Positions 22,376-37,345 are shown, numbered from the stretch's first letter. The stretch is 64,000 nt of DNA from Octopus bimaculoides (GCF_001194135.2 NC_068990.1:13728975-13792974), one strand, 5' to 3'. Program-made: numbers and translations. The notes: generated by a model not told the origin, from the letters alone.

Positions 22376-24381
22376 ATTGTGCGATATTTACAGTCAATAA
22401 ATCTTTAACAGTTCGATGAACGAGCAGAAAGCAACATCCTCAGTAGATGACATTTGAAGCGAACAATGGAGCTTCTACACAGATGCTTGACATTCTAAAC
22501 AGACCGCCCTTAAATCATGCCTTATCGTCTTTCCGAAAAAAAGACAAAAAAAATTAAAACATATTACAGTGGATAAATTCGTTTTCGATTTACAATGTGG
22601 AGACAAAATCAAAAATTTCAACTATTTTAAACATAAGCCATTTCATTCAGAGCTGCATCGAGGGCCAGAGAAGTAGCTAATTATAAAATTAGAGAATGCG
22701 AGTTCATAAAAAAAAATGCACCAGGACACCTTACAAATGATTTAAAATTCATTCTGCATTTTAGTTTTTATTTAAAATCACAACTCAAGGCAAATACAGT
22801 TTCAAAGGAAGAATATAATTGCTATTTTGCATTTAAAATAGAAACCAATAAAAAAGGCTTTCTGTGATCTCATACATCTATATGTATTTACAACCAAACA
22901 TAAAAGTGTTCTCGTCTATTATTGTGTATATATATAATTTTTCTTGATATAATTTTTTTTCTTTTATAAGGTGGATTGCCTGGTTTCCAAAATGTATAAA
23001 TGACGGAGATCACAAGATGCCCCTGAAATAGGCACTGGTTCGTTGCAGGGTTCAAGATCAACCATTTTCTGAGTGGAGGGGAGAAGAAGATTACATCGAA
23101 CTCAGTGCCTGACTGTTATATTATTTCAACGTCCCGAAGAAATGAAAGTGAAAATTGATTAGGACCCGGAAGAAATGCCACTTGGCATTTTGTCCGATGT
23201 TCGAACGATTCTGGCAAGTCACGGGTTTATTGCTTTATAATAAAAAAAAATATAGAATTAAAACAAGGATGGAATATGATAGAATAACAGATAACTTTGT
23301 AAGAATGAAGACAAGTTGAAAGAGAAAATGTTTTCATAATAATTCATTTTGTTTTAATTCTATTTAGCTATTTTCAATACAGAGTAAAGCTGATCACAGA
23401 CAACGTATCTGCTGGAAATGAAAGTATGTCTCCATGTGCTTGAGTTTGCTACATGATCGTTTTACAAGTGCGTCAATTACTGAAAAGGTTGAGAAAATTT
23501 GACTCATTGCTGGTAGCTTAGAATAAATGTAACAAAGAAATTAGAGATTACGAATTTATATGTATTGTTGATTGCCAGTTGCTGGACTCGTAAATTGGTA
23601 ATTGTTACAAAGTTCATTATATCTTTGTACTTTTCCTTCAATGAAATAAACCTTTTTTACTTTTTCCAATTTGCTACACAAGATGTCTTACTAGGTAAAT
23701 AATAAAATTCTGATTTGTTTATAGTGCATTTTCAAAATGCAATGTCGTGTTACTTATAGCAGAATCCCGAAACATTAAGTGAAATTTACCAATGGATTTC
23801 TTTCAGGTTTAAAATCCTTTTAAACTTTACAATCACTTTAAAGAATCTTCGTCTTGTTCCTTCTTTGCCCTGCTTCAATTCAGAATTAATACCTCGGTTT
23901 CGAGACAATTCACATGTTTTATACTCGATCTTTGTGAAGTAGGTTTCATACTTATTTTGCATGGAATTTTTATCTTTTTCATAAAGCTAAATTAATTTTC
24001 CTGTAAACACATAAATAAATCATTAGCTTTCCTGGCGTTCTACTCCAGACTATAAGAACATGTCAGAATTCGTGTGCATTGATAGTTCCACTCTAACTTT
24101 TCCTTAACGGCCTTTTCAGGAAGGTAGTTTTCTGTCAGCATTCGGAGCCTTTCGTAGATCAACTTTCATATCTTTTGTAGATCAGCTTTCACTGCCGCTA
24201 ATTTCTGCATATCTACCTCTATTGCTGATTTGATTGTATGCCATCTAGTGACACAATGTATTTTTTTTAAGTCATTGCAAATAAGCTTTTACAACGATCT
24301 TATTCCTTCCACATTGAATGACGACAGCGATAAAATAAAAAACGTCGAATATTGAAGGTTACTACGTAATATATATACTAC

Positions 24382-24462
<81 letters not shown>

Positions 24463-27284
24463 AATGTATGTATCTACGTGACCAAGTGGTTTAGATGTTG
24501 AGTGAATGATCACGAAATAGTGGGATCGATTTGGGGGCCGGGTAGCCAGCCCTAAACCGAACATATGTAACAGTCGAATGCTGCTGCACCTCTCTCTTGA
24601 ACACCCCTGCTGTTACAGCTTCCATGTCTCCCTAGATCAAGTGTGGGCGGATTGTGACGGTATTAATATTTGATCTCAAGTAAACAGGAAACTAAAACAA
24701 CTTTTGAAAACTTTGTAAAAGCTACCGAATTGTATTTACTTGCGAGGGAGTTAAAATTAAATTGTATGTACGTATGGTCGCATGTATAAAGTGTAAATAA
24801 AATACACTTCAAAACTATTTCTACTCGAATTCATTTTTACAGATTTCCTCAACTACATCGTTGATTATTTCCAAAACAGAGAAAGTATTCTATTATTATC
24901 GAATTATTCTCAGTTTTGTTTCACAAACTTATCTCATTAGCATCCCAATAAAATCCGTTTATTTTTTTTTATTTCTGTATGAAGATTAACAATTTATCTA
25001 CACAAACTCTCAACCAAACTAATACCACGCAGATTTAAAATTTTCTTTTACAAATGAACTCGCGATAATTCTGTAGGGTTAATACGTTCAAAAATCTTGA
25101 AGATCAGTATAAATCGGGACTTAATGTCGAATAATGTTAATGTCAGATAAACCAATAAATTGCAAGTACTAGGAGAGCAATGCAAGATTATCTTAGATAA
25201 AGTTTCTACAAAACCCTTTATATGCTAAGTTAGCATAACATTTGTATTATGAAGTTTCTTACGCAGGTTTAAAGCAACATGTCTACTGTGAATTTGAACT
25301 ACGATTGACATGCTGTCAATCGTTAACCCCGTTTTCATTCACATATTTTCTCATTTACAATGCGACAGTGTACTCTTCTACTTCAGAGAATAATGAAGCA
25401 AACAAGCATTGTTCATAACGTGAGCATCATACTGATTTTAAGTTACTGCGAATGTACTATTGTTTATGTGTTTTAAAGCTTACTTTTGTAGTCTCTATAG
25501 AGACTTAGATTATAGCATAAAAAGCGAACTGAATGGAATATATTTCCTAATCACATAGCGCAATCTATTTAGATAGGCCAAACTTCTTAATAAATTGGTG
25601 ATTAAACACAGTCTGGTATCGCGAACGTTCAATGAGAAGGTGACATACTAAAAGTTAATATGCAACTTACGATGATTGAGCTTGCTGTCAAACATATCTT
25701 TAATATTTTAACGTTCCAAGTTTGTCCACTAAGAAGGAAAACATAACACCCACAAATTCACAAGAGACAATAATAACAGACGACTGTAACGACTGTAATT
25801 TATCAGAGATAACTAAGTGGGGCTACATTCCTGTACAACATCACTAAAGAAGTAACGAAATTGTTGTTTCCGAATGGATGCTATACAGAATAATAGTTAT
25901 TGATTCTCTTCTCACACTAACGTCGCCATTACTCTAATCAAACTCTATTGACAGTTGTTGCATTGGTTCGTTTGTATTTTTTGTTGATGTTCTTTCTTGT
26001 TGCATATACAATCATTGGATGACAATCTGATAAAAGAAAAACATGTCATTGTATATGCATGAGAGTATATGTCGTTTGACCAGCAGAAAATCTATATTGC
26101 TTATAACTCATTCAATTTGAACAATGGATGTGAAAGAAAATGTTCTTCAGTGAAGCTACGATACATTAAGTCAAAATAGAAATAATTGTATCTTGAGAAT
26201 AAACAAACAAAAAGAATTCGTAGTTACTACGTTACACATACATGATTAACATACAGTTAATTGATGTAATTCTCTGTTTGACTCCGTCTCTAGCTCTTTC
26301 AAGCTGCGTTTATAAATAGGATCATATATACCCATAGACGCATGCACAAATATATACACATGCACACACATAAAGATATATATATTTGTTAGTGCCCGCG
26401 CATAAACACATATAAGTGTACATGTGTGTGCTTATGTGTGTATCTATTTATACCAATGTGTGTGTATACGTGTATATGTAAGTAGATAAACGTTTGTGAT
26501 GTATATATATATATAATAATATTAGGGACAAAATCCAAAATTACAGGTAAAAAACTCAATTATATTATATTATATTATATTATATTTATCTTATGATATT
26601 TACTTTACTTTATATTATACTCATTTATTGTGCTTTTAATTATTAATTTTCTATATGTGATAGTGGATTTTCATCGATGAGTTCTTGAAAATTGGTTATT
26701 TTCCCTTCTTTATCTGTAGCCTTCATTCACTGAGGTTAGCATCATACGTATTCCGTTGAGGATAAAAACATAAGACCATTTGTTTGAACATATATTAACC
26801 TCCGCCTGGTTAAAACTATAATTAGTTCACTGTAGTTAAAATTAACATTACCACCTTATACGGTTAACATTATAACTAATCTTCTTTATAAAAAGTCCTT
26901 GCCTATTATGGCTGAACTTATAAGTAGTCGCTTGGGATTAAAATCACATCGTCATCAGGGGTATTGACATCACTAACCTCTTTTGGGTGAAAATATTTTA
27001 GATCCAATGTAGTTAAAAAAGTATACCTTGTTAAATCTGAGTGTGATTATATGCAATCTGCTGTAGTTGTTTCCTGTACAAAAAGCTGTAAAATAAATGA
27101 ACATGAAAGATTTAAACACCAAATTACCATCTACTATCTCTAAAACAAAAAGTACACTTGGGTGAAGAGTGTAATTCTACGTAAACATTCTACAGAAAGT
27201 TAGACGTAAAAATGATAAGTGGGGTGCCATTGAACTTACAAGAGGGTTGATTGTACAGTAGGAGCAAAAGAAAACAGGAATAAA

Positions 27285-27500
27285 CATTGACTTCAAATTT
27301 TGACACAACGAAAGCAATTTCAACGGAGCGAGTAAGTCGATTGCATCAAGCCCCAGTATACAACTCATGTTTATTTTATAGACCTCGAAAAGATGAAAGG
27401 CAAAGTCGAACTCAGCGGGATTGGAACTCAGAACGTGAAGGCGGACGAAACATCTGCAAAGCATTTCGCCCGGCGTACTAACGAGTCTACCAGCTTGCGG
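27285..27500 (-). mobile_element. SINE family C
   Basis: Reverse complement of the family-C head and central domain. Confidence 0.85.
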
Positions 27501-27812
27501 CCTTCTCAAAGAGCAACAAAAAAAAAAGCAGTAAACGTTACAACGGAGATTGGTTTTGGTTAAATTGCACACAATGGCTAATTATAATGTCTTCAAATGC
27601 AGAAGGAACCACGAAATTCTAAATCTAGCAGCCGATTGCGATGAGTGAAACCGTTCTATGTTAAGAAGAACCTTTGATTAATATGTAATCTTAGAGAGGC
27701 CGAACACGGCATTAGCATCTTTGATTATAAATCTGACGTCAGTTTCATTTAGTTCGAAAAAATAATAACAAACAATAACCGCAACAACAACAACAACTAC
27801 GACAATCTATAT

Positions 27813-27950
27813 TCTTTTATTCTTTTACTTGTTTCAGTCATTCGATTGCTGCCTTGCTGGAGCACCGCCATTAGTCGAACAAATCGACCCCAGGACTTAT
27901 TCTGTCGTTCTCTAAGTAACAGGGACGTAAACGCAACAACATCGTTGTCA
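27813..27950 (-). mobile_element. SINE family B, 3' part
   Basis: TTTTACTTGTTTCAGTCATTCGATTGCTGCCTTGCTGGAGCACCGCC...GTCGAACAAATCGACCCCAGGAC. Confidence 0.8.
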
Positions 27951-29707
27951 TAGGCAATTAGCCGTATTCGACGCACCACCGCCCAACTCACTGCAGCTAA
28001 ACTGTGTGAGATGAGAAAGCTATGACAACATAGAGATGAGAAAGCTATGACAACATAGAGAGATATTAATTTATTGTAATTTATAATTTTTTTTCCAATG
28101 AAAAGTTTGTAAAATAATAGTTTTATAAATCATTTTGTTGCTGTAAAAGGGATGAACTATCGTTAAAAATGCAAATATTTACAAAAACTATTGGGGAATC
28201 CTCCTGAGCATTCAACACAATTTCGATTTTCAAATTCATTGACAATATATTGGATCCTTGTATCTGCATTCTTGATTTATTTTAATTCAAGTGGAAGTTG
28301 TGGGAATTTCCTTGAATAGATCTGCATATCTCCTTTCAAATATGATTAGTTTGAGTAACGCATCACCACTGTTGCTAAAATATTTTCCCCTACTGTGAAA
28401 GTATCCTTGCTTTCATTATCAGGCCGAATATAAACAACTAGTTGGGTACTTCATTTGCAATTAATCTGCTCTGTTATTTTATATCTCGGTTAACCCTCTC
28501 GTTTAGATTTGCCGAAGCCATTATAATTTAAAAGCTGCAAAATTGTTTCAATGTATATTTTTGTAAATATTAATAAACCCCAGCTTGTCAAAGCGTTACG
28601 CGTACCTACAAAATTATCGTTTGTTATTACATTTAAGAAGACAGTTGTTAGTTGGCTACAAACGACGGGAGTTTGATGTCTGTAGCTGATGAAAACTAAC
28701 GATGCAGGAACACGTATCTTTCAGTCCGGTGAAATCATTCATACCCATCTTGGTGCGTTGCTACATATATTTTCTATATGTATGATGTCTCTTCCCTAAC
28801 TCTTACTGCGGTTAAGGTCTTACCACATGTGAATGTACACGAAAACATCAAATACACAGCTTAATACAATTGGTGCAGCTGTTACGTCATATAAATCAGG
28901 AAAATCAACATGACTGACCTGATTGAATTTATATATTGGTATGCAGATTAGTTTTGTCAAGACATTAGTCTGCGTCTACTATTTATTTCGAATCTGGACG
29001 CTAACAAAGGTAGGACACAGTATTGGCTTATAAGCCTTTAATAAATTTACTCGTATATTATGATTGCATAACGAAATACAGTGCCCCTGCCAGTGGCTAC
29101 GTTGAGTAGCCAGCAGTAAGTAATGCTGCAGCGCAAGGTAAAACTTGTTAAAAAAAACGTCTACAAATACAAGTATTAAAATTAAAATTACATATAAAGA
29201 AAATTCCTTGGCTTACTGCATTAACGACGTCAGCGCCAAATTTCATATTTAAAATTCGATGTTTGTGAAACGCCTTTAACCAGTGTTTGACAAATGAAAT
29301 GAGCTACTTCATTTTCACTGATAGCTTTGAACTAGTTGCTCATAGCACACTATATGCCATAACGACTCTCTTGCATGGTATCTGTCATTACAGCTCGTTT
29401 CCCTTTAATACACTGTTCATTATTAACGCCGTTGCTAACAGAATTTCCAATAAAATTTACTTTATTGCTTTACCTGTGTTGTGTTATATAACGCTAGGAA
29501 TTTTTACAATTATGTTACGTTTCAAGAAAAAATTATAACAAATATTACATAGACGCACACACACGCACATTTATACATACACGCATGTGCATGCGTTTGT
29601 GCATCTATGTGTGTGGGTGTGTATACACATTTATAAGCCCTTGGCCCTCTCTCCTCTTCTGTCATTATTTACACACACACACACACATATACGTATTTAT
29701 ACATTAC

Positions 29708-29794
<87 letters not shown>

Positions 29795-30330
29795 GTATAA
29801 ACATATACATTTATGTGTGTGTATACGTGTTTTCTTACGAATATAAATATGCGTGTATACTTGTATGTATGTCTCTTTAAAACTCAAGTGTGTACGTGCC
29901 CATACTTTTGTAATTATAACTTTTGAACGTGTATAATTCATGTTTACACACATGGACTAATATATTAATCCTATAGAGAAATTGATTTTTTGTTCTGTTC
30001 TGAAGCCAGAGCTACTAATTCTCATGTTTTACAAAGCACCAACATTGATTTACGCCAGAGTGCGATATATATTTTATGTAGAATTAATTAGATCATATAG
30101 TGAGTGATTCCTAATTTCCTCCCACATTCTTTATAAAATCTACACCTTTAGATGTTTCATTCTAATGTATTTAGTTAAAAAACTAATATATGTTAATTTA
30201 TTTAACGTAGTAAAACATAGGCTCTATGGTGAGTTGCCGAATTACCTTCTCTCACGTAACTGCTCCTAGACACACGCTTACATACTTACGTATATACAAA
30301 CATACACACAAGCATATATAGAGATATATC

Positions 30331-30736
30331 GGTGCAGGCGAGGTTGTGTGGTTAGAGGCCGAAACGTTAGTACGCCGGGCGAAATGCTTAGCGGTATTTC
30401 GCTGTCTTTGTCCTGAGTTCAAATTGCGACGAAGTCGACTTTGCCTTTCATTCTTTCGGGGTCGATTAAATAAGTACCAGTTACGCACTGGGTTCGATAT
30501 AATCGACTTAATCCGTTTGTTTGTCCTTGTTTGTCCCCTCTGTGTGTAGCCCCTTGTGGACAGTAAAGAAATAAGAGGCTTTCTCCCCCATAACAAGGTT
30601 TGAGGTTCAATCCCACGGCGTGGAACATTGGGCAAGTGTCTTCAACTGTAGCGTCTTCTGCTCGGGACGGCCAAAATCTTGTGAGTGGATTTCTAGAGGG
30701 AAACTGAAAGAAGCCNNNNNNNNNNGTGTGTGAGTG

Positions 30737-30785
<49 letters not shown>

Positions 30786-30985
30786 ATCTATGTCTGTGTG
30801 TCTTTGTTTATGTTTGTCCCCTTGACAACGGGTGTTGGTGTGTTTACGTCCCGTGACATAGTGGTTCGGCAAAAGAGACCGATAGAATAAGTACTAGGCT
30901 GAAAACAAGAAATCCTAGGGTTGATCTATCAGACTAAAAAATCCTTCAAGGTGGTGCACAGAATGTCGACAGTCAAATGACTGCA
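30331..30985 (+). mobile_element. SINE family B with a family-C-type SINE (30358-30575) nested in its tRNA head
   Basis: The B head GGTGCAGGCGAGGTTGTGTGGTTAGA stops at 30357 and resumes after the C copy as AAGAGGCTTTCTCCCCATAAC...GGTTCAATCCCAC. Confidence 0.75.
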
Positions 30986-30999
30986 AAAATTAAATGATA

Positions 31000-31130
31000 T
31001 CTATGTGGAGGCCGAATGGATGAAAGACAAAGTCGACCTGGGCAGAATTTGAACTTAGTACCTAAAGACGGAAAAAACGCTGCTAATCATTTTGACCGGC
31101 GTGATAAAGGGTCTTCCAGCGCGCCACCTT
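31000..31130 (-). mobile_element. SINE family C fragment
   Basis: GGATGAAAGACAAAGTCGACCTGGGCAGAATTTGAACT. Confidence 0.75.
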
Positions 31131-31599
31131 ATCTATGCCAGGTTTACAGCTCACACTAGAACTATGGGAATCTAAGTTACGTATAAACCTATAGTAGGAC
31201 GGCTTTTTATTTCCCTTTACTCTTCTCATCCAAAAATGCATACATTGACTTTCCAGTTTTGAAATAAGTAAAACTCATTTGAAATTAGTTGGCTCACTTA
31301 GATGGTGAGAGCTGTTCCTGAAATTCATTACACGGGAATTCATCACATACTGCACTTCGTTCTGCTTACTATGGGGCATTCGAACCATATAAGACGAAAT
31401 ATATATATCGTAATTTAACCACACAAAATTTCATTTACGCCTAAACTCATGCACACTAATGCGGGTGTAACCTCTAAAAAACGTGCACAAAATAGGGAGT
31501 AGTAAAACAGTCGACAACTGGTCTTTTGTCCTGTACTTATTTCTCGTGTATTTACGTATTATTCACTTGCTGGTGATGTGCTGTACTTCATGTGTATTT

Positions 31600-31654
<55 letters not shown>

Positions 31655-32059
31655 AAGGAAATATGTCAAGAAAGAGTTCGTCAATAAAAAAGGGATAATA
31701 ATATCTAAATATATAGCATTGCATTATTTGGTATTAATATTTAAATATTCCTCGTACAAATTGTGTTAATGAGACAAATGCTGTACAAGATGCCAAAGAA
31801 CTGAAGTTATGGTAATTTGTTAGAATAAAGCGGGAAGATGTAAATTAAAATCTCCTGTTAGTGGAAGTGAATATAATACTTGTATCGTTTCGTTTATTGC
31901 ATATTATATAAATTTTACCCTAAAAGCATTGGAATCAAAGTGAGGACATGAAAGCGTAGTATCTTAGTTTCATTACTATAATAGATATTCTTGCTTGTAT
32001 TTAGGTTATTGATCTAATATAAGAGCTCTCGTTCACTTGCACATACCCACAGACACTCA

Positions 32060-32111
<52 letters not shown>

Positions 32112-32609
32112 GTTACTTTCCCTCCCTATGTGTCTATCTACACTTCTCTCTCTTTCCATATATACATACACGTGAGTGTGTCTTTGTGATATTCAAGCTA
32201 TTTGTTCCTTGAGTGTGTTCCATATCTAATTAGTTAGTACTATAACCATGTCTCCGCACAATACATATGTAGAAGTAATGAATCAAGAGGAAATATGTAA
32301 ATATGTAGTTTATCCTTTACTTTCATTCTTCAACGATCTCTGTGTAGCCTTGCTCTGTAAAACAAATTCGTCATAAAGTGTTCAACGAAAATCATTGTAT
32401 GTTAAACATGCAACGCAACAAGTCAAGCACATTTAAGAACAGCAAAACAACCAATGCTGAGCATTTTTATTGTTTAAAAAAATGGTCATTATTAGGAAAT
32501 GCTTCGAAAAACCTAAAGAATCTACGTTTGGTATGTTCCAACTGTAACAATCAAGGTATTTTTTCAGTGGGGATGGTGTAGAAATAATGGTTGGAAGTTT
32601 CGGTTTAGG

Positions 32610-32780
32610 ACCAGCAATGTCGGGTGGGGATGTAAGTCAATTAAATCAACCTCAATGCTCAACTGGTACTTACTTTATCGACTATCAAATGGATGAAAAG
32701 CAAGGTTGACCACGGCGGAATTTGAACACGCAACGTGAAGAAGGTCGAAGTGCTAACGATTCCGCCAGCCCGCCTAGAAA
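32610..32780 (-). mobile_element. SINE family C fragment
   Basis: AACTGGTACTTACTTTATCGAC...GGATGAAAAGCAAGGTTGACCACGGCGGAATTTGAAC...GCTAACGATTCCGCCAGC. Confidence 0.8.
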
Positions 32781-32889
32781 TGATGATGTACTGTTTGAGC
32801 CAACGAGTGACGCCGATCTAATGTAAATGTGTAAGAGTATGGATTTTTATTATACTTATACAAAGAAAATATGTGTATATTTGCCGGGA

Positions 32890-33226
32890 AGAAAGACTGG
32901 TTCTCCGTCGGTTACAACGACCGGGCATCCATTTGATCCGACCAACGAAACAGCCTGCTCGTGATATTAACGTGCAAGTACCTAAGCACTCCACAGACTC
33001 GCGTACTCTTAGCGTAGTACTCAGGGGCGTTCAGCGTGAAACAGAGTGTAATAAGGCTGGCTCTTCGTAATACAAGTACATCTCATTTTCGCCAGGTGAG
33101 TGAACTGGAGCAACGTGAAATAAAGTGTCTTGCTCAAGAACACAGCGCGTCGCCGGGAATTGAACTTACGATCTTACGATCGTGATGTGAACGCTCTAAC
33201 CACTAAGCCACACGCATTTACAAGGA
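32890..33226 (-). mobile_element. SINE family D: CORE-type head joined to the family-A 3' tail
   Basis: The reverse-complement head is GTGTGGCTTAGTGGTTAGAGCG...GTTCAATTCC...TTGAGCAAGACACTTTATTTCACGTTGCTCCAG. The tail ...GCACGTTAATATCACGAGCAGGCTGTTTCGTTGGTCGGATCAA aligns with family A. Confidence 0.8.
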
Positions 33227-33317
33227 AGAAAGACTAAGAAAGAGGGAAAAGGGAAAGAAAAAGAGAAAACAATAAGAGACGGCAAAATTTTGACTTACTA
33301 AAATTGTGTCGACTTCC

Positions 33318-33495
33318 AGAGCTGGCAGAATCGTTAGAACACCAGTCAACGTGCGTAGTAGCATTTCCTTCGTCTTTATGTTCTCAATTCAAATCCCGCC
33401 GAGTTTGTCTTTCAGAGTCGATGAAATAAGTATCTGTTGGGCATTTACCTCCCAGAAATTGTCAACTTTGTGCTGAAATTTAAAACCAATATGTC
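33318..33495 (+). mobile_element. SINE family C (internally deleted)
   Basis: GAGCTGGCAGAATCGTTAGAACACC...TTCAAATCCCGCCGAG...AAATTTAAAACCAATAT. Confidence 0.8.
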
Positions 33496-33839
33496 TAGGT
33501 TAAAATTTCAGTAATTAGCTTATTATTCTATTCTTTTCCTATTTTCAAGTCATTCGCCCCCTCCTCTCTCTCTCTCTTTCTCTCTCTTTCTCCATCCATT
33601 GGTTCTTCCCAATTAAAACGCTTGGCTTTTAAGTTCTTCAATCACTCAATATCAAACATCTACAACTTTCTTCTCTTGTCTTTACCTGTGTTGTTATTAT
33701 ATATTTGAAATCACACACCAGGAAGCTTACATGGGGAGATCTGCATGCCTTATACGACTGCTCTATCTTGTCTGCAAGTGGACACAATTTCAATAAGTCA
33801 AACATTTATCTGGTATGTTATTTAAGAGAACGTTATCCG

Positions 33840-34630
33840 ACTTTGTGAGAAGTTTGCCTCCCAACTGTACAACCCCGGGTTTCGTCCCACGGTATACCAT
33901 CATAGGCAAATGTCTTCTACTATAGCCTAGAGCCGAACAAAACATTGAGTGAATTTGGTTGACAGAAACTGAAATAATCCCATCATATGTATATATATGG
34001 AGTGGCTGTGTTGTAAGTAGCTTGCTTACCAGCCACATAGGTCCGGATTCAGTCCGGCTGCGTGACACTTTGGGTAAGTATCTTCTACAAAAGCCTCGGG
34101 CCGACCAAAGCTGTGTGAGTGGATTTGGCAGACGGAAACTGAAAGAAACCCCTCTTGTATATATATATATATTTATATATATATGAATGTATGTATCTGT
34201 AACCGGTGTTTGTCCCCGTAGCTTACTGGCTCGGCAAAAAGTACCGATAGAATAAGTACTAGGCTTACAAAGAATAAGTCCTGGGGTCGATCTGCTCGAC
34301 TAAATGCGGGGCTCCAGCATTGCCGCAGTCAAATAACTGAAGCAAATAAAAGAATAAAAGAATAAAAGAATAACAGAATGTATATATAACTATCCTTGCG
34401 TGTTTTTAACATTTTGCTTGTCCCGCACCACCACTGGACAACCGGTATTGCTTCGTTTTCGACCCTGTAAAATGGTTGTTCGGGAAAAGAGATCCATAGC
34501 ATTAGTACGATTATTTGCTTAAAATATAAGTACTTCTTGCATCGATGTTTTTCTTTTTTCGACTAAGCTCTTCAAGACGGTGCCCCAGTATGGCCACAGT
34601 TCAATGACTGAAACTAGTAAAAGATTAAAG
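33840..34630 (+). mobile_element. Old SINE family B with a younger family-B copy (33997-34376) nested in its internal (TA)n
   Basis: Order: decayed 5' half (33840-33995), complete copy, decayed 3' half (34400-34630) ending GGTGCCCCAGTATGGCCACAGTTCAATGACTGAAAC. Confidence 0.75.
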
Positions 34631-37236
34631 CTGTGTAGATATACGAATGGAATATAACTGCTATTGTTGCGTTGTATACACTTTGGTATATCTATGTGTT
34701 TGTTCACACAGACACATACACAAACACACATATACGTACACATGCATGCATGTACGTATGTATGTATGTACAAGGTGAATTCCAGAAGTTTTGAGCCCTT
34801 TTGGAGAGGCAGTTATAGCTGTCGCAGATTATTATAATTTTAGTATATCTTTTCTATCCATTTAATTATCTGATCTTCCAACTTTTTGCAGACAATGCGA
34901 TGGCTGTAATAGTACTTTGAGCACACGCTATTAAAAACAAGTTATCACAGGTGGCTAAGTTTCAGAATCCAGTCGGGAATTGAAGACTACTAGGAAGCCC
35001 ACTACGCAATACGTTTTTGAGTGAAACTGGACAAACGCGCAATAGGAAACTTATGAACTTATGAAATACTTCCAAAACCAGAAATAAATATTGTATTCAA
35101 TCCAGTCTCTTAGAATACCAGGTTGAATACGACTTCTTAGCTGCGTTCTCCCATTTAAAAGCAAAATTCCTAACGGATTCACTTAACTTTTCTGATACCT
35201 AATAACACTCACATCTCCTGCGACGCTATTTTTCGAAGAATCGTATTCCTTATTAATTAATTACTTGCTAATTACATACCTTTCCTACTCCGAATAATTT
35301 CGATTATATATCATTTTAATCTTTTAAGACATTTTTGTAACTACTTTCTATAAAATAGGTACAAGCACGTTTAATTTCGATTATCCTTTATGCGTCATCG
35401 AGGTTTTCTTATGCATCTTACATATTATTATGAATAATTACTCTCACAATTTTTGTTATAACATATAATGAACCATACCCGTAACCATTTTAATCAACAT
35501 ACCAAACTCTAGTGCTTGAAGATTTGTAACGTTGATTCCATGTATTTCCATGTTAATTTTATGTGTGATTAAATTCAACTCCAAGCCGTGTGATGTTGGA
35601 TTTATTATACGCTTCTTTGAACATATGATTTAGTTCTGATGTTGATCACAATTAGATCTTCTCTGTATTCCTGTGTCGTCTTTTCCTTTTCTTTCATCTG
35701 TTTTCTCCTTTTTCATGTTTTCTTTTCTTTTACTTCTTCGTTTTCTGCCTCTATTTTCAATCTATCGATTGCCACCTTTGTATGTAATAAAATTTTCCTA
35801 TGTTAAAACATCATATCAGATCCGATAATATTATTAACATCAAAACCATGTTACAAAGTGTTTGCCGTAAATAACAACAGTACGCTTGTAGTGCTTTGTG
35901 ATCGCGTAGGCAAGTATGTGCACGTTTCTGAAAATAATTATTGTTATGAAAAATATATGTTTCTTTCGAAAACTAAAAATTGGCAGTTATAATTCCTCAC
36001 CCAAAACTATGTCATTGACTTTATTGGAAACAATATCAATATACGTTGTACAACACATCACCTCTGTAATGAAATTGGCATCTCTTTAAATAATAGAATA
36101 GTTTAACCTGAACATATTCAATTATGAAATACTGTATTCAATAATATGTCTATATAAGTGAAGCTGATTACAGTAATTCTTAGCATGGACGAAATGTGGA
36201 TTCTGATCTCTAATGAAGTTTAATTGCACTGCAAAGTTTAAAAAAGAAACTAACAAAAACCTCGTTTTGTTTTCAGCACATCAGTCTTCTATGAAATTAA
36301 GAAAATCAATTTCGTTGTGTAGAGAAACCTATTTGTGGTATTAACTTTAGCAGGCAATAATTTTTTTTAATAAGTAATTAAATGCCGGATACAACCGATG
36401 ATGATATTTGAATAACTGTAGTTAATATCTTTGTATAAATGTTTTATGTCACATTTTTGTTGATATTTTTAAGAATATTTCTTCTTTTCAATTTTATTCA
36501 GTTTTAATTTCTTTACTCTAACTTATAGTTGTCCACTTTCTTTCATATTGTTATTGTTGGTGTTGTATATGAATTCCATTGTTGTTGTTGCTGTCATTGC
36601 TGTTGTTGATCTTATTGTTGTTATGATTGTCGTTTCTCGTCTACCTCTTTGCCTTCTCATTTCAACTTCTGCAATTACTCTATCCACCTTTTCCATCACC
36701 TCTCATTCTGATAATTAATATCTTCACCATCTTATAATCCTAATATCACCATCAACATCATTTTCACCACCATCACGACTATCCCTTGTATCACTATCAT
36801 TCCTATCAATCTCCTCTCGGATTTTATCATTTTTCAAATCATTCTTCGTTCTAGAATGTTCCGAGTGATCAATGCCTCTACTTTATTTTTAATTTGAATT
36901 GCTACTGTGTTCTAATGTTCTATCATATTGCCCTTGTGGCATACAAAGTAACTGGTATTATCGTTATTAATATTATTATTGTTGTTTTTATTATTACTAT
37001 CAACATCATCATCATTATCTGCATCAACATTGTTTGAATTACTGTTGATAGGACAAGTTCGATCTACTAAATTTAGCAATCATGAGAACTGGTATTGATT
37101 GGACTACAGAAAAATGACGAAAAATTTAAACTGACCCGTAAAGATTCCGCTACATAAGTGGCCTTGCCATTTACTTACTCACACACACACATATGTGGTG
37201 GGGGGCATATTCTTAAACGTATGTGTATACATGTGT

Positions 37237-37345
<109 letters not shown>

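Noticed and set aside
28008-28057. Perfect 25-bp tandem duplication
   Set aside because: An ordinary local slippage event with no further structure.
28477-28500. ERVNRDIK on the minus strand resembling the integrase ERxNRTxK motif
   Set aside because: The flanking translation shows no other rve motifs; likely chance.
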